From positions 428,820 to 492,819 of the forward strand of contig JBMNHB010000001.1 in assembly GCA_050950145.1 (NCBI GenBank): a DNA stretch of 64,000 nucleotides, given 5' to 3'. Source of the stretch: Candidatus Dojkabacteria bacterium. Its GTDB lineage: Bacteria > Patescibacteriota > Dojkabacteria > SC72. How positions within the stretch are numbered: position 1 is the stretch's first letter; the number at the start of each line of letters is the position of its first letter. Below, piece after piece: positions 28,650 to 39,041 of this stretch. The notes beneath the pieces were generated by a model, which was not told the origin of the DNA, searched no databases, and worked only from the letters and a program-made list of their open reading frames with translations. A program made the translations under genes and the position numbers.

Positions 28650-29849
28650 ATGTCTAGAAACAAACCAACAAAAAAGACAAATTTATTCAACAAGAAATAT
28701 ATCCCAGACAAACTGATCCTTTATTTCGTGATCTTTATGGCTATCTTTGGAGCAATTATGATTTTTGATGCAAGTGTGTACAAAGCTAACGAGGAATTTG
28801 GAGATCCTTTCCATTTTCTAAAACTACAAATTGTATGGATACTTGCAGGAGCTTTAATTGCTACAATTATATATTTCTGGGATTATAGGAAATTACTGAA
28901 AGCCTCAGTTCCTATTTTAGTGATAATTATTATCTTACTAATCTTAGTATTAATATTAGGAGAAGATATTAATGGGGCAAAGCGATGGTTTGCCATAGGA
29001 CCACTTCCACCGATTCAACCAGCAGAACTTGCTAAGGTTGGAATTGTTCTCTATCTCTCTAGCTGGATGAGTACTAATAAATATTTTCAAGATAGTACTA
29101 AAGTTGAATTAAAAGGCTCTTTTCTTAAAGCTTTTCTTGGTTTTGGTGCTATAGTAGGAATTGTAGCTTTACTAATCATTCTTGAACCTGATCTAGGTAC
29201 TACTATGATTGTTGGCTTGACAGCTTTTGCTATGTTTCTTTTAGCTAAAGGTGGTTGGGATCATACAAAATATACTCTTGGCAGTCTATTACTTCTCGGT
29301 GTTCCACTAGTAGCTATTGCAACAATACTAGCACCATACAGATTGGGAAGAATGAGAACATACCTAGATTTACTTCTAACAGGTGAAATATCCGATCCAA
29401 GAGGAGATGGATATCAAATTCAACAAATCTTAATTGGTATAGGATCAGGAGGATTCTTAGGAAAAGGTTTTGGACAATCAAGACAAAGATATGGATATTT
29501 AGTAGAAAACACAGCATTCACAGACTCAATTTATGCAATTATCTTAGAGGAACTAGGTTTTCTAGGAGGAACTATACTTGTTATAGCATGGCTCGTATTC
29601 CTTTGGAGAGGTTTTAAGATAGCGAACAATGCTCCTGACAAACAGGGGAAATTATTAGCAACAGGAATAACTGTTTGGTTAACACTTCAAGCTTTACTAA
29701 ACATGGGAGCAAATACTGGATTAATTCCATTAACTGGTATCCCAGCACCATTACTTAGCTATGGTGGTTCAAGTACAATTGTTACTTTCATAGGAATTGG
29801 TATACTACTTAATATAAGTAAGTACTCCACAAACGAAAATGGAAGATAA
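28650..29849 (+). CDS. ftsW: SEDS peptidoglycan polymerase FtsW
   Basis: NGAKRW, IQPAELAK, EPDLGT, GYQ..IGSGG and P..SYGGSS; precedes murG. Confidence 0.9.
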   Translation: MSRNKPTKKTNLFNKKYIPDKLILYFVIFMAIFGAIMIFDASVYKANEEFGDPFHFLKLQIVWILAGALIATIIYFWDYRKLLKASVPILVIIIILLILVLILGEDINGAKRWFAIGPLPPIQPAELAKVGIVLYLSSWMSTNKYFQDSTKVELKGSFLKAFLGFGAIVGIVALLIILEPDLGTTMIVGLTAFAMFLLAKGGWDHTKYTLGSLLLLGVPLVAIATILAPYRLGRMRTYLDLLLTGEISDPRGDGYQIQQILIGIGSGGFLGKGFGQSRQRYGYLVENTAFTDSIYAIILEELGFLGGTILVIAWLVFLWRGFKIANNAPDKQGKLLATGITVWLTLQALLNMGANTGLIPLTGIPAPLLSYGGSSTIVTFIGIGILLNISKYSTNENGR

Positions 29850-31011
29850 AGAAATATTAAAAAAGAAAATAATCGTAACAGGAGGAGGATCTGGGGGACA
29901 TATCTCTAGTGCAAAAGCAATAATTGATGCTCTTAATGAAAAGTTCATACTAAATGATAATAATTTTCTCTATGTAGGTAGTGATTTAGGAAGAGAGAAA
30001 GAGAAACCAGGTTCCTCAATGGAAATGAAAATATTTAAAGATGAATGGTTTAATCAAAAATATATTAGGGGTGGGAAACTACAGAGAAGATTTAGTATTA
30101 GAGCTGTTCTCATACTACTTAGAACGATTTTAAGTTTCTTTGATTCTTTTATGATAATAAGAGAATTTAAACCAGATATTGTAATATCAACAGGTGGGTT
30201 TGTCTCAGTACCTGTTTGTTCTATGGCAAAGATATATAAAACAAAAATTTATCTTCATGAACAAACAGCAACAGTAGGATTATCAAACAAGATAGTTGCC
30301 AAATTTGCTGAGAAAATATTTATAGCATATCCTTCTTCAGCTAAGTACTTTCCAAAAGAAAAAGTTATACACTCAGGGAACCTTGTAAGAAAAGAAGTTT
30401 TTGAAAATACGGGTAAGGGAGGTATTACAGAATCTGTAAAAAAAATGATAATACACCAAGAAGATTTACCAATAATATATGTATCAGGAGGAAGTTTTGG
30501 TTCACATATAATTAACAATGTGATTAAGGAATCTCTGTTACTACTACTTCAAGACTATCAATTAATTCTACAAACAGGAGATAACAAATCCACTAATGAC
30601 TTTCAGCTTTTATCTTTAGAGAGAGATAAATTGACCAATGAATTAAAAGAAAGACTTATTGTTACAAAATATATTGGTAATGAAGAGATTGGTTTTGTAC
30701 TAAATAATGCAGATCTTTTCATTGGAAGAGCAGGAGCAAATACTGTTTACGAACTTGGATTACTCAGAATACCTTCAATATTAATTCCTATTCCTTGGGT
30801 AACACATAATGAACAGATGGAGAATGCAAAAGTTTTAGAGAGTATAGGCCTTGCAAAAATAATTAACGAAGGAGAACTGACTTCAGAGAAGTTACAAGTA
30901 ACACTAAGACTTTTCTCTAAAGAAAAGATAGTGGTAAACGAACAGAAAGCAGATGAAATATTTATAAAAGATGCTGCTACTAAGATAATTAAAAATATTA
31001 ATTTTAATTAA
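29839..31011 (+). CDS. murG: MurG glycosyltransferase
   Basis: TGGGSGGH, GGFVSVP, HEQ, GGSFG, GRAGA and EQMENA. Confidence 0.93.
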   Translation: MEDKEILKKKIIVTGGGSGGHISSAKAIIDALNEKFILNDNNFLYVGSDLGREKEKPGSSMEMKIFKDEWFNQKYIRGGKLQRRFSIRAVLILLRTILSFFDSFMIIREFKPDIVISTGGFVSVPVCSMAKIYKTKIYLHEQTATVGLSNKIVAKFAEKIFIAYPSSAKYFPKEKVIHSGNLVRKEVFENTGKGGITESVKKMIIHQEDLPIIYVSGGSFGSHIINNVIKESLLLLLQDYQLILQTGDNKSTNDFQLLSLERDKLTNELKERLIVTKYIGNEEIGFVLNNADLFIGRAGANTVYELGLLRIPSILIPIPWVTHNEQMENAKVLESIGLAKIINEGELTSEKLQVTLRLFSKEKIVVNEQKADEIFIKDAATKIIKNINFN

Positions 31012-31028
31012 GTTTAGTATTCTTAAAA

Positions 31029-32324
31029 ATGTCTGATTTAGTAGTAAGAGGTGGAAATGTTCTTTCAGGAGATATAACACCAGCAGGAAATAAGAACTCT
31101 GCATTACCTATCCTTTGTGCATCTTTGCTTACAGATGAGGATGTCATTATAAAAAACTTCCCTGATCTTACCGATGTTCAAAAACTTATTGATTTAATGA
31201 TATCAATGGGTTCTAAAGTAGAGTGGGATAAAGAGAGAAATATTCTTAAGATTAATAACTCTGAATTTAAGGACGATTTGGGTGAGAATGGATTTCCAAT
31301 GGGGATGAGGGGAGCAATTCTTTTACTTGGACCACTTGTTACTAGAATGAAGTACATTGAAGTTAAAAAAGAGGTAGGTGGTTGTGCACTCGGTATTAGA
31401 GAGTTAGATCCACATCTAGAAGTCCTACAAGGATTAGGTGTTAAGGTGATTGATACTAAAGATTTGCTTAAAATAGATAGCTCAAACGGACTAACTGCTG
31501 GACATCTTTGGCAGGACTATATGAGTGTAACAACTACAGAAAACTTCGCAATGGCAGCATCTAAAGCAAAAGGTACTTCCTCTATGACCAATGCCGCTTC
31601 TGAACCGCACGTACAAGACTTATGTAACTTCTTAATCTCAATGGGTGCAAAAATAGAAGGTGTTGGAACTTCAACCTTGACAATTACCGGAGTAGATAAT
31701 CTTCATGGTACAGAATTCGCTATTTCCTCAGACCACCATGAAATCACAACCTTGCTTGCGCTAGGTGCAATGACAGGTGGTGAGATTAGAGTTAATAATG
31801 CAGAACCAGAATTCTTCCCATTGATAGTAAAAACATTTAAGAAATTCGGAGTAGATGTAGAGTATGAGGGAGACACAGCAATTGTAAGGGCTAGAGAAGA
31901 ACTAATAATCCAAGAGCCTTACACTAAAAATATGTTACAAAAAGTTGAAGCTGCTCCATGGCCATATTTCCCTGCAGATTTAATTCAGTTAATGATTGCA
32001 CTAGCTGTTAAATCAAAAGGTAATATTATGTTCTGGAACAAACTCTATGAAGGAGGATTCTTCTGGATTCCAGAGATGATAAAGTTCGGAGCACATATTG
32101 TAATGTGTGACCCACATAGAATTATTGTATTTGGAGATAAACCACTACAACCAGCAACAGTTGATAGTCCAAACATTATAAGAGCAACAGTAGCACTAAT
32201 GATGGTTGCACTTACAATAAAAGGAGAAAGTGTCATTAAAAATGCAGATTCTATTAAAAGGGCACATCCAAACTTTGTAGAGAATCTACAAAAATTAGGT
32301 GCAGATATATCTTGGATTGACTAA
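31029..32324 (+). CDS. murA: UDP-GlcNAc enolpyruvyl transferase
   Basis: GNKNSALP, GGCALG.R, NAASEPHV and PWPYFPAD. Confidence 0.95.
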   Translation: MSDLVVRGGNVLSGDITPAGNKNSALPILCASLLTDEDVIIKNFPDLTDVQKLIDLMISMGSKVEWDKERNILKINNSEFKDDLGENGFPMGMRGAILLLGPLVTRMKYIEVKKEVGGCALGIRELDPHLEVLQGLGVKVIDTKDLLKIDSSNGLTAGHLWQDYMSVTTTENFAMAASKAKGTSSMTNAASEPHVQDLCNFLISMGAKIEGVGTSTLTITGVDNLHGTEFAISSDHHEITTLLALGAMTGGEIRVNNAEPEFFPLIVKTFKKFGVDVEYEGDTAIVRAREELIIQEPYTKNMLQKVEAAPWPYFPADLIQLMIALAVKSKGNIMFWNKLYEGGFFWIPEMIKFGAHIVMCDPHRIIVFGDKPLQPATVDSPNIIRATVALMMVALTIKGESVIKNADSIKRAHPNFVENLQKLGADISWID

Positions 32325-32325
32325 G

Positions 32326-33705
32326 CTATAAAGTCCCTAGCTTTTTAAGAAAATCTGGAATCTGATAAAGGCCAAGGGAGTGACTTCCCTTCAGAAGTAT
32401 TGCAACTTTCTTATCCTTTAATCCTTGTAATTTTGTATTAAGTAGGGCTGCCACTTCATCTGCCGATTCTATCTTTTCACCAACACCAAAATCATCAATA
32501 TTCTCTCCAACATAATAAACTTCATTAAAGTTACATTCTTTAACTAATTTCCCTATCTCTACATGCCTCTCCTTTGAGACACTACCTAATTCTTTCATAT
32601 CACCTAATATAGCAATAGTATAGAAATCTTTCCCAAATATTTTCATAAAGGTCTCAATAGACATCTTCATTGAGGTTGGATTCGCATTGTATGCATCATT
32701 AATAATTGTTACATTATCATATTCAAGCTTTTGAAACCTACCATCTTGCCCTTCATACTGTTTAATACTCTTCACACAATTATCTATACTTACTCCTAAC
32801 TCATTAGCAACTATAATTGCTGCCATGGCATCACAAACAAAACCTTCTCCATATACACTCAAATCAACAGGTACTACATTATCATCATAGTATCTGAATT
32901 TGAAATGAGTTCCCTCCTTATTAACAGAAATATCAAAAATTTGGAATGTAGCTCCTTCTGTCTGACCAAATGTAATTAAGCTAGAATTTTTGTTGTAATT
33001 CTCAGCAATATGAACAAGCCTTTCATCATCAATGTTTAAAATTAAAGGTTTACCAGTTCGTTCCATATAGTCCGCAAGATCTTTTTTCTCTTGGAAAATT
33101 TCATTAATAGAACCTAATTTCTCTGCATGAACATCTCCTACATTAAGTAGAATTCCATAATCAGGATCTACAGAGTTAACATGCCATGCAATTTCTCCCT
33201 TTCTATCCATTCCACACTCCAAAACAATTACATCCTCGTTATTATACTGACCAAGAAGGACTGCATTTCCCCATACCGTATTATACCTATCAGCAGATAG
33301 TACTTTCATATAGTTCTCAAGAATTGTAACAAGCATCTTTTTTGTTGTTGTCTTCCCCGTACTACCTGTGATTGCAATTACTGGCTTCCTGATATATCCA
33401 ATAGAGTAGTTTAGAACCTTCATAAGACCTTCTTCAATGCTATCAACAATAATTACTGGTTTTGTAACTCCCTCTAAGAAAGATTGTTTTTTATTTTCAC
33501 ATAAAGATACAGAGCAACCAGCATCTAAGGACTGCGCAATGAAGGCATGTCCATCAAACCTTTCACCTACAATTGGAATATACAAGTCATCAGGATTTAC
33601 CTGTCTAGAATCATGAGTAAAACCTGTGAAAAAAGCATTCTCATCATAGTTTCTAAATCCAAACTCTGGGAACCTTTCCTTTATATCTCTTAAAAAAATC
33701 TTCAT
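32326..33705 (-). CDS. murF: UDP-MurNAc-tripeptide--D-Ala-D-Ala ligase
   Basis: DSR, GERFDGH, ITGSTGKTTTK, NDAYNANP, LGDMKELG and KGS. Confidence 0.93.
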   Translation of the reverse strand: MKIFLRDIKERFPEFGFRNYDENAFFTGFTHDSRQVNPDDLYIPIVGERFDGHAFIAQSLDAGCSVSLCENKKQSFLEGVTKPVIIVDSIEEGLMKVLNYSIGYIRKPVIAITGSTGKTTTKKMLVTILENYMKVLSADRYNTVWGNAVLLGQYNNEDVIVLECGMDRKGEIAWHVNSVDPDYGILLNVGDVHAEKLGSINEIFQEKKDLADYMERTGKPLILNIDDERLVHIAENYNKNSSLITFGQTEGATFQIFDISVNKEGTHFKFRYYDDNVVPVDLSVYGEGFVCDAMAAIIVANELGVSIDNCVKSIKQYEGQDGRFQKLEYDNVTIINDAYNANPTSMKMSIETFMKIFGKDFYTIAILGDMKELGSVSKERHVEIGKLVKECNFNEVYYVGENIDDFGVGEKIESADEVAALLNTKLQGLKDKKVAILLKGSHSLGLYQIPDFLKKLGTL

Positions 33706-33778
33706 AGCAGTACATCTCTAAGTTTATCCTTAACATAATATATTGGTTCTGTGGTTATTTATCAAGTCCACCACCTTT

Positions 33779-34283
33779 AGGGTCTGTCCCAGATCTGTCC
33801 CCTGTTTTCCATACCTTTCTGCCTGTTTATCAAGGTTTGTTGGTTTGGGTACTTCTAATTTCGGCTTACAAAAATCATTCGTAATACGACGCTTCGGATT
33901 AGGAAACGATTATACAACAAGAAAAATAAAGAAAATCGTCCTAAGGGTCTATCCCAGATCTGTCCCCTGTTTTCCAAACCTTTCTGCCTACCTATCAAGG
34001 TTTCTTGGTTTGGATACTTCTGATTTCGGCTTACAAAAATCATTCGTAATACGACGCTTCGGATTAGGAAACGATTATACAACAAGAAAAATAAAGAAAA
34101 TCGTCCTAAGGGTCTGTCCCAGATCTGTCCCCTGTTTTCCATACCTTTCTGCCTGTTTATCAAGGTTTGTTGGTTTGGGTACTTCTAATTTCGGCTTACA
34201 AAAATCATTCGTAATACGACGCTTCGGATTAGGAAACGGTTATACAACAAGAAAAACAAAGATCTGTTCTAGATCTGTCCCTC
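33779..34283. repeat. Tandem repeat: three near-identical 165-bp units plus a degenerate terminal motif
   Basis: Units start AGGGTCT(G/A)TCCCAGATCTGTCCCC at 33779, 33944 and 34109; residual GATCTGTTCTAGATCTGTCCC at 34261. Confidence 0.95.
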
Positions 34284-34399
34284 CAGCTATCGGTTGAAAA
34301 GGTAGACGAGATAGGGAGGAGGTATATATGGAAAAAGCCTGCGCTTTTGGATTAGTTCTTGGCCTAGAGTGTTATATCTTGGCCTGTAATATTTTTCTC

Positions 34400-34472
34400 T
34401 TGACGTGTACAACAGATACGGGATATATTAGTGGCAAGAAGTGGTAGAAAGTGGTGAAATATGATATAGTGG
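34400..34472 (+). promoter_or_regulatory. mraZ promoter with MraZ-binding direct repeats
   Basis: TTGACG at 34400; GTGG at 34431, 34441 and 34451 (10-nt period) and at 34469, matching known MraZ boxes. Confidence 0.8.
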
Positions 34473-34477
34473 AAAAT

Positions 34478-34921
34478 ATGATAATCGGAGAATACAAAAG
34501 TAAAATAGGAGAAAAGAAAAGAGTATCACTTCCAACAAAGTTTAGGGAAGAGATTGGTGAAGATTTAATTCTCACCAGAGGATATGAAGAAGCCCTAATC
34601 CTTGTAAATAAGAAAATGTGGAAAAATGTAGCAAAAGAAGTAATAAATGGCTCTTTTACAAATAAAAATATTAGAGATACAAGTAGATTCTTAGTAGGAA
34701 GTGCAAAAGAAATTGAAATGGATGGACAAGGAAGATTTGTAATCCCCCAAGCTCTTTTTGATCATGCAGGTTTAGGAGATGAAATTGTATTTATAGGACT
34801 TGTTAACTGGATTGAGATTTGGGATGCAAAGAAATGGGCAGAAAGAGTAGAGTACCTACAAAAACATGGAGATGAAATAGCTCAAGAGATAGGTAAAATG
34901 TCAGAACAAAAGAATGGATAA
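34478..34921 (+). CDS. mraZ: Division/cell-wall regulator MraZ
   Basis: MIIGEY, RVSLP..FR, DGQGRFVIP and IEIWD. Start moved to ATG 34478. Confidence 0.95.
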   Translation: MIIGEYKSKIGEKKRVSLPTKFREEIGEDLILTRGYEEALILVNKKMWKNVAKEVINGSFTNKNIRDTSRFLVGSAKEIEMDGQGRFVIPQALFDHAGLGDEIVFIGLVNWIEIWDAKKWAERVEYLQKHGDEIAQEIGKMSEQKNG

Positions 34922-35810
34922 GATTCATATTCCAGTACTTCTTAATGAAGTTATAGATTCTTTAGCAATCAAGGAAGATGGTTTCTACATTGATGGGACA
35001 CTTGGTGATGGAGGACATAGTTTTGAGATTCTCAAAAGGCTCTCACCCCAAGGATTCCTTATCAGCATAGACCAAGATCAACATGCAATTGATTTTGTCA
35101 AAGAGTACTACAAAGAATCAATTCCTGATAACTGGATAATCATTAAGTCAAACTTTTCCAAGATAGATAAAGTTGTAAAAGAATTTGGAAAAGGTAGACA
35201 ACCAGACGGGATATTACTTGACATTGGCCTTTCTTCAAGACAACTAGAAGAATCTCACAATAGAGGATTTAGCTATCAAGAAGAAAATGAACCTTTAGAT
35301 ATGAGAATGGATGAAACATTAGGAGTAACAGCAAAAGATTTACTAAGTGCACTCTCAGAGAAAGAACTAGCTAGAATTTTCTGGACATATGGTGAAGAAA
35401 GATATTCACAAAGAATCGCAAAAGAAATTAAAAAGAACATCTCTAATATTAATACCGTTGGAGATCTTACAAGACTTATCTACAAAGCAGTACCGGCTGC
35501 AGATAAATCTATTACTAAGAACCCTTCTCGCAGGGTCTTTCAGGCCCTGCGAATCGTGGTAAATGACGAGCTGGGTAGCTTAGAGAAAGCGTTAGATAAA
35601 TCTTTTGAGATCTTAAACAAGAATGGAAGACTCTCAGTAATAACATTCCATTCATTAGAAGATCGCATCGTTAAAAACTTTAATTTAGAAAAATCGGGAA
35701 GCGGAGAAGGGAGTTTGCTGTTTTCAAAACACATTGCCCCAACCGATGAAGAGAAAATTTCAAATCCTCGCTCCGCTTCTGCCAAGTTAAGAACATTAAT
35801 TAAAAATTAG
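34914..35810 (+). CDS. rsmH: 16S rRNA m4C1402 methyltransferase
   Basis: HIPVLL, DGTLGDGGHS, PLDMRM, FQALRI, FHSLEDR and NPRSASAKLR. Confidence 0.96.
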   Translation: MDKIHIPVLLNEVIDSLAIKEDGFYIDGTLGDGGHSFEILKRLSPQGFLISIDQDQHAIDFVKEYYKESIPDNWIIIKSNFSKIDKVVKEFGKGRQPDGILLDIGLSSRQLEESHNRGFSYQEENEPLDMRMDETLGVTAKDLLSALSEKELARIFWTYGEERYSQRIAKEIKKNISNINTVGDLTRLIYKAVPAADKSITKNPSRRVFQALRIVVNDELGSLEKALDKSFEILNKNGRLSVITFHSLEDRIVKNFNLEKSGSGEGSLLFSKHIAPTDEEKISNPRSASAKLRTLIKN

Positions 35811-35822
35811 GTGGTTTAAATA

Positions 35823-36128
35823 GTGAAAATTATAAACAAAGCAACTCAAAACATAGCAGGAAGTATTTTCGTATTAGCTACAATAGCCTTTGTTGTATGC
35901 CAATTAGTCATCAACTCAATACTTGCTCCTCTAGGTAAAGAACTACAGAGCCTTAATCAAGAAAAAAACTACTTAATTGAGGAGAATAGAGGAATGGAAG
36001 AAGAGATGGCAAAAAGCAATTCAATAACAGTTATTCAAAAATTAGCAGATAAATCTTTAGCTCTCTCTCCCACAAATGATAAAACTGTAGTATACATCCA
36101 AGAAGAGTCTATTGTTGCTAACAAATAG
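35823..36128 (+). CDS. FtsL-like cell division protein
   Basis: TM plus coiled coil, located between rsmH and the PBP gene. Confidence 0.7.
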   Translation: MKIINKATQNIAGSIFVLATIAFVVCQLVINSILAPLGKELQSLNQEKNYLIEENRGMEEEMAKSNSITVIQKLADKSLALSPTNDKTVVYIQEESIVANK

Positions 36129-36130
36129 TC

Positions 36131-37972
36131 ATGGCAAGTTTAACACATCTTCACAAAGCAAATTTAGGCACAAGGTCAAGAAAGAAATCAGATAATAAAG
36201 GGAAAAAGAAAAAAACTAATAACTCTTGGCTTCTGTACGTAATTACATTTTTTGCATTCATTGTTATCTTTCAATCATTTAGATGGCAAATTCTCCACGC
36301 AGATAAATTCAAAGACCTCTCAGAGGAACAATACAAATCAACACAAATCTCTATTGCTCCAAGAGGAAAAATAACAGCTGCAGATGGTACAGTATTAGCA
36401 GTTGATGAACCTGTATGGAATATCTACGCAACACTTAGTAACAACAAAGAAGAAAGAGACAAATTCTTTAATGATAAAGACAAATTTGTATCTGAGGTCT
36501 CTGGTATCTTAGGTATTAAAAGAGAAGAGATAGAATCAAAGTTAACTGATGATTTTGTATACGCACCTCTGAAAAAAGAAGTTTCAACAGAGAAGAAGAA
36601 AGCACTTGAAAGTGCAGAGATATTTGGACCAGGTACAAGAGGCTTTGGATTACATTTTGAAAAAGAAGAGAAAAGAATCTATCCAAATGACACACTAGCT
36701 GCACATGTATTAGGCTTCATAGGAAGAGATAGCGAAGGAAAGTCAGTAGGACAATATGGTATACAAGGATATTACTTTGGAGATATAAATGGAAGATTTG
36801 GATACTCATACGAAGAGAAAGACTCTTACGGTAATGTTATCTTAACATCAGAATACCAACCTGTTCTCCCAAGAGAAGGGAAAGATTTCAAACTAACAAT
36901 ACAACCTAACTTACAAAGTAAAGTTGAAAAAATCTTAGAAGAAGGAGTAAAAAGCACACGTGCAAAGAGTGGGAGTGTAATTATAATGGATCCTAAAACA
37001 GGAGCTATATTAGTTATGGCAAACTTTCCAACATACTCACCAGAAGAATACTGGAAAGCGCCAGAAACATCTGTTTTGAAAAACAAATCAATAACCGACG
37101 TTTATGAATATGGGTCTATCCAAAAACCTCTCACAGTAGCAATAGCATTAGATGAAAAAATAATAGATAAAGATTTTAAATGTCACGATAAAACTGGATA
37201 TTTAGACCTATACCAAGCAACTGGATATGCTGATCTAAAAGGAGCTAAGGTGTATACATGGAACAAAAAAGCTGCAGGAATACTAGATATCGCTGAAATA
37301 TTTAAAACATCAAACAATCCATGCACTGCTCAAATAGCTCTAAAGGTGAACGCCCAAGAGTACTATTCTAAGCTACAAGAATTCGGTTTAGGTAAATTTA
37401 TCGGTATAGGTTTACAAGATGAATCTTCCAACTACTTAAAACCTTTTGACTATTGGACAAAATTGGATGTAATAACCTCAGCATATGGACAAGGTATATC
37501 TGCAACAGCTCTACAAGCAATCTCCGCATTTAGTGTTTTTGCTAATAATGGTGTAAGAATGAGACCATACATAATAGAAGAGATAAAGGATGAGAATGAA
37601 ATAATTAAGATAAAACCACAAGTACTTTCACAACCCATCACAAAAGAAAGTGCACATATAGTACGAGATGCTCTCAATACAGCAGTACTGAGAGGATCAC
37701 TAGGTGGATTAGTAAAGGAATTAAAAAACTATCCTGTCGCAGTAAAAACAGGAACTGCACAGATTGCAAAGAAAGATGAGGCCGGATATAAGAGTGACTA
37801 TACAAATGACACAGTAGTAGGTTTTGCCCCCCTTGATAATCCAAAAATGATAATGTTGATAAGATTAGAAGAACCTCAAACAGCAGGATTCTCATCTTTA
37901 ACAACAGCACCTATATGGGAGGAACTTTTCTTAGCAATCGCAGACGACCTAGGAATTAAGAGAAAAAACTGA
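36131..37972 (+). CDS. ftsI: Class B penicillin-binding protein (FtsI-like)
   Basis: RGKI..DG, RIYP, SxxK (GSIQK), SxN (SNN) and KTGTAQ. Confidence 0.88.
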   Translation: MASLTHLHKANLGTRSRKKSDNKGKKKKTNNSWLLYVITFFAFIVIFQSFRWQILHADKFKDLSEEQYKSTQISIAPRGKITAADGTVLAVDEPVWNIYATLSNNKEERDKFFNDKDKFVSEVSGILGIKREEIESKLTDDFVYAPLKKEVSTEKKKALESAEIFGPGTRGFGLHFEKEEKRIYPNDTLAAHVLGFIGRDSEGKSVGQYGIQGYYFGDINGRFGYSYEEKDSYGNVILTSEYQPVLPREGKDFKLTIQPNLQSKVEKILEEGVKSTRAKSGSVIIMDPKTGAILVMANFPTYSPEEYWKAPETSVLKNKSITDVYEYGSIQKPLTVAIALDEKIIDKDFKCHDKTGYLDLYQATGYADLKGAKVYTWNKKAAGILDIAEIFKTSNNPCTAQIALKVNAQEYYSKLQEFGLGKFIGIGLQDESSNYLKPFDYWTKLDVITSAYGQGISATALQAISAFSVFANNGVRMRPYIIEEIKDENEIIKIKPQVLSQPITKESAHIVRDALNTAVLRGSLGGLVKELKNYPVAVKTGTAQIAKKDEAGYKSDYTNDTVVGFAPLDNPKMIMLIRLEEPQTAGFSSLTTAPIWEELFLAIADDLGIKRKN

Positions 37973-38005
37973 GATAATAGAAAAATAAATTATTTTCTAC
38001 CACAT

Positions 38006-39034
38006 ATGACAGAAATATTAAAAAAGAGTATAGAATTGCTTTTCATCTCCACATTAGTATCTGTTGTCTTTGCACCAATAATGATCTCTTTCCTTTATAA
38101 ATTCAATCAAGTTAGTGGAATTAAAAAGTCAAAAATAGGAGGAGGAGAAGGTGACAACACTCTTTTTATGAAAATTATGAAAACTGCAACTACTAATGGA
38201 ACTCCAAATATGGGAGGATTAATGATTCTAGTAATCGTTCCAACATTAGTCCTACTTTTTGTACCAATAACAGAGGTTGTAAAAGTATTCTTAATAGGAT
38301 TCGTCCTCTTTGGAGTGTGGGGATTAATAGATGTTGCTGTCTTTACAAACGGATTTAAAAATAATGAAAAAATGAAGGCATTTCAAGAAACTTTTGAATG
38401 GAGACTTGGAAAACTACTCTTTTCAATTGTATTAAATATCGGCGTAATGTCACTTCTACAAAAAACAGGAGCTATACAAGAAATTAATATTGTTAACGGC
38501 TTTGCTATTAACTTCACACCAATAATTGCTGCCTTAAGTGGAGTAGTAGGACAGTTTGCTATATATTCAGCAGAATTAACAGATGGTGCAGATGGTTTGA
38601 TGATAGGTATAATGATGATTATTACTATTACTTTCTTTTTCCTCCTAACCATCCAACAAAAATACGAATTTTTACCAATTTTAGCAATACTTCTTGGAGT
38701 AGAAATTATTGATCTTTACTTTAATATCCCTCCAGCAAGATTTTGGAATGGAGGACCAGGAGCTATGCCTCTTGGCTTTACAATGTTCTTCCTTGCTATT
38801 GTAACTAATAATTTACTACCATACTTCTTCATGTCATCAATAACCTGGTTAATCATGCTTTCCAGCCTTATACAAATAGTTAGTATGAAATTTTTTAATA
38901 GGAGAGTGTTTAAAATTGCTCCAATACACCATCATTTCCAGGCAAATGGATGGCCACAATATAAAGTAGTTATGAGATTCTGGTTATTTACACTAGCAGT
39001 CTGTATACTAGGTTTCTACATAGGAATACTTTAA
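38006..39034 (+). CDS. mraY: Phospho-MurNAc-pentapeptide transferase
   Basis: GTPNMGG, TDGADGL, FNIPPA and APIHHHF. Confidence 0.92.
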   Translation: MTEILKKSIELLFISTLVSVVFAPIMISFLYKFNQVSGIKKSKIGGGEGDNTLFMKIMKTATTNGTPNMGGLMILVIVPTLVLLFVPITEVVKVFLIGFVLFGVWGLIDVAVFTNGFKNNEKMKAFQETFEWRLGKLLFSIVLNIGVMSLLQKTGAIQEINIVNGFAINFTPIIAALSGVVGQFAIYSAELTDGADGLMIGIMMIITITFFFLLTIQQKYEFLPILAILLGVEIIDLYFNIPPARFWNGGPGAMPLGFTMFFLAIVTNNLLPYFFMSSITWLIMLSSLIQIVSMKFFNRRVFKIAPIHHHFQANGWPQYKVVMRFWLFTLAVCILGFYIGIL

Positions 39035-39041
39035 GAAGGTT

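Noticed and set aside
33779-34283. CRISPR array
   Set aside because: The units are near-identical over their whole length, there are no unique spacers, and no cas genes are in the window.
33743-34297. 184-aa (+) and 102-aa (-) ORFs over the tandem repeat
   Set aside because: They are by-products of a 165-bp unit divisible by 3, with non-ATG starts and atypical composition.
34313-34447. Perfect GGAGGAGGT SD followed by a 39-codon ORF upstream of mraZ
   Set aside because: It runs through the mraZ promoter and operator, shows no boxA or pairing arms and has no recognisable protein features, so it cannot be supported.
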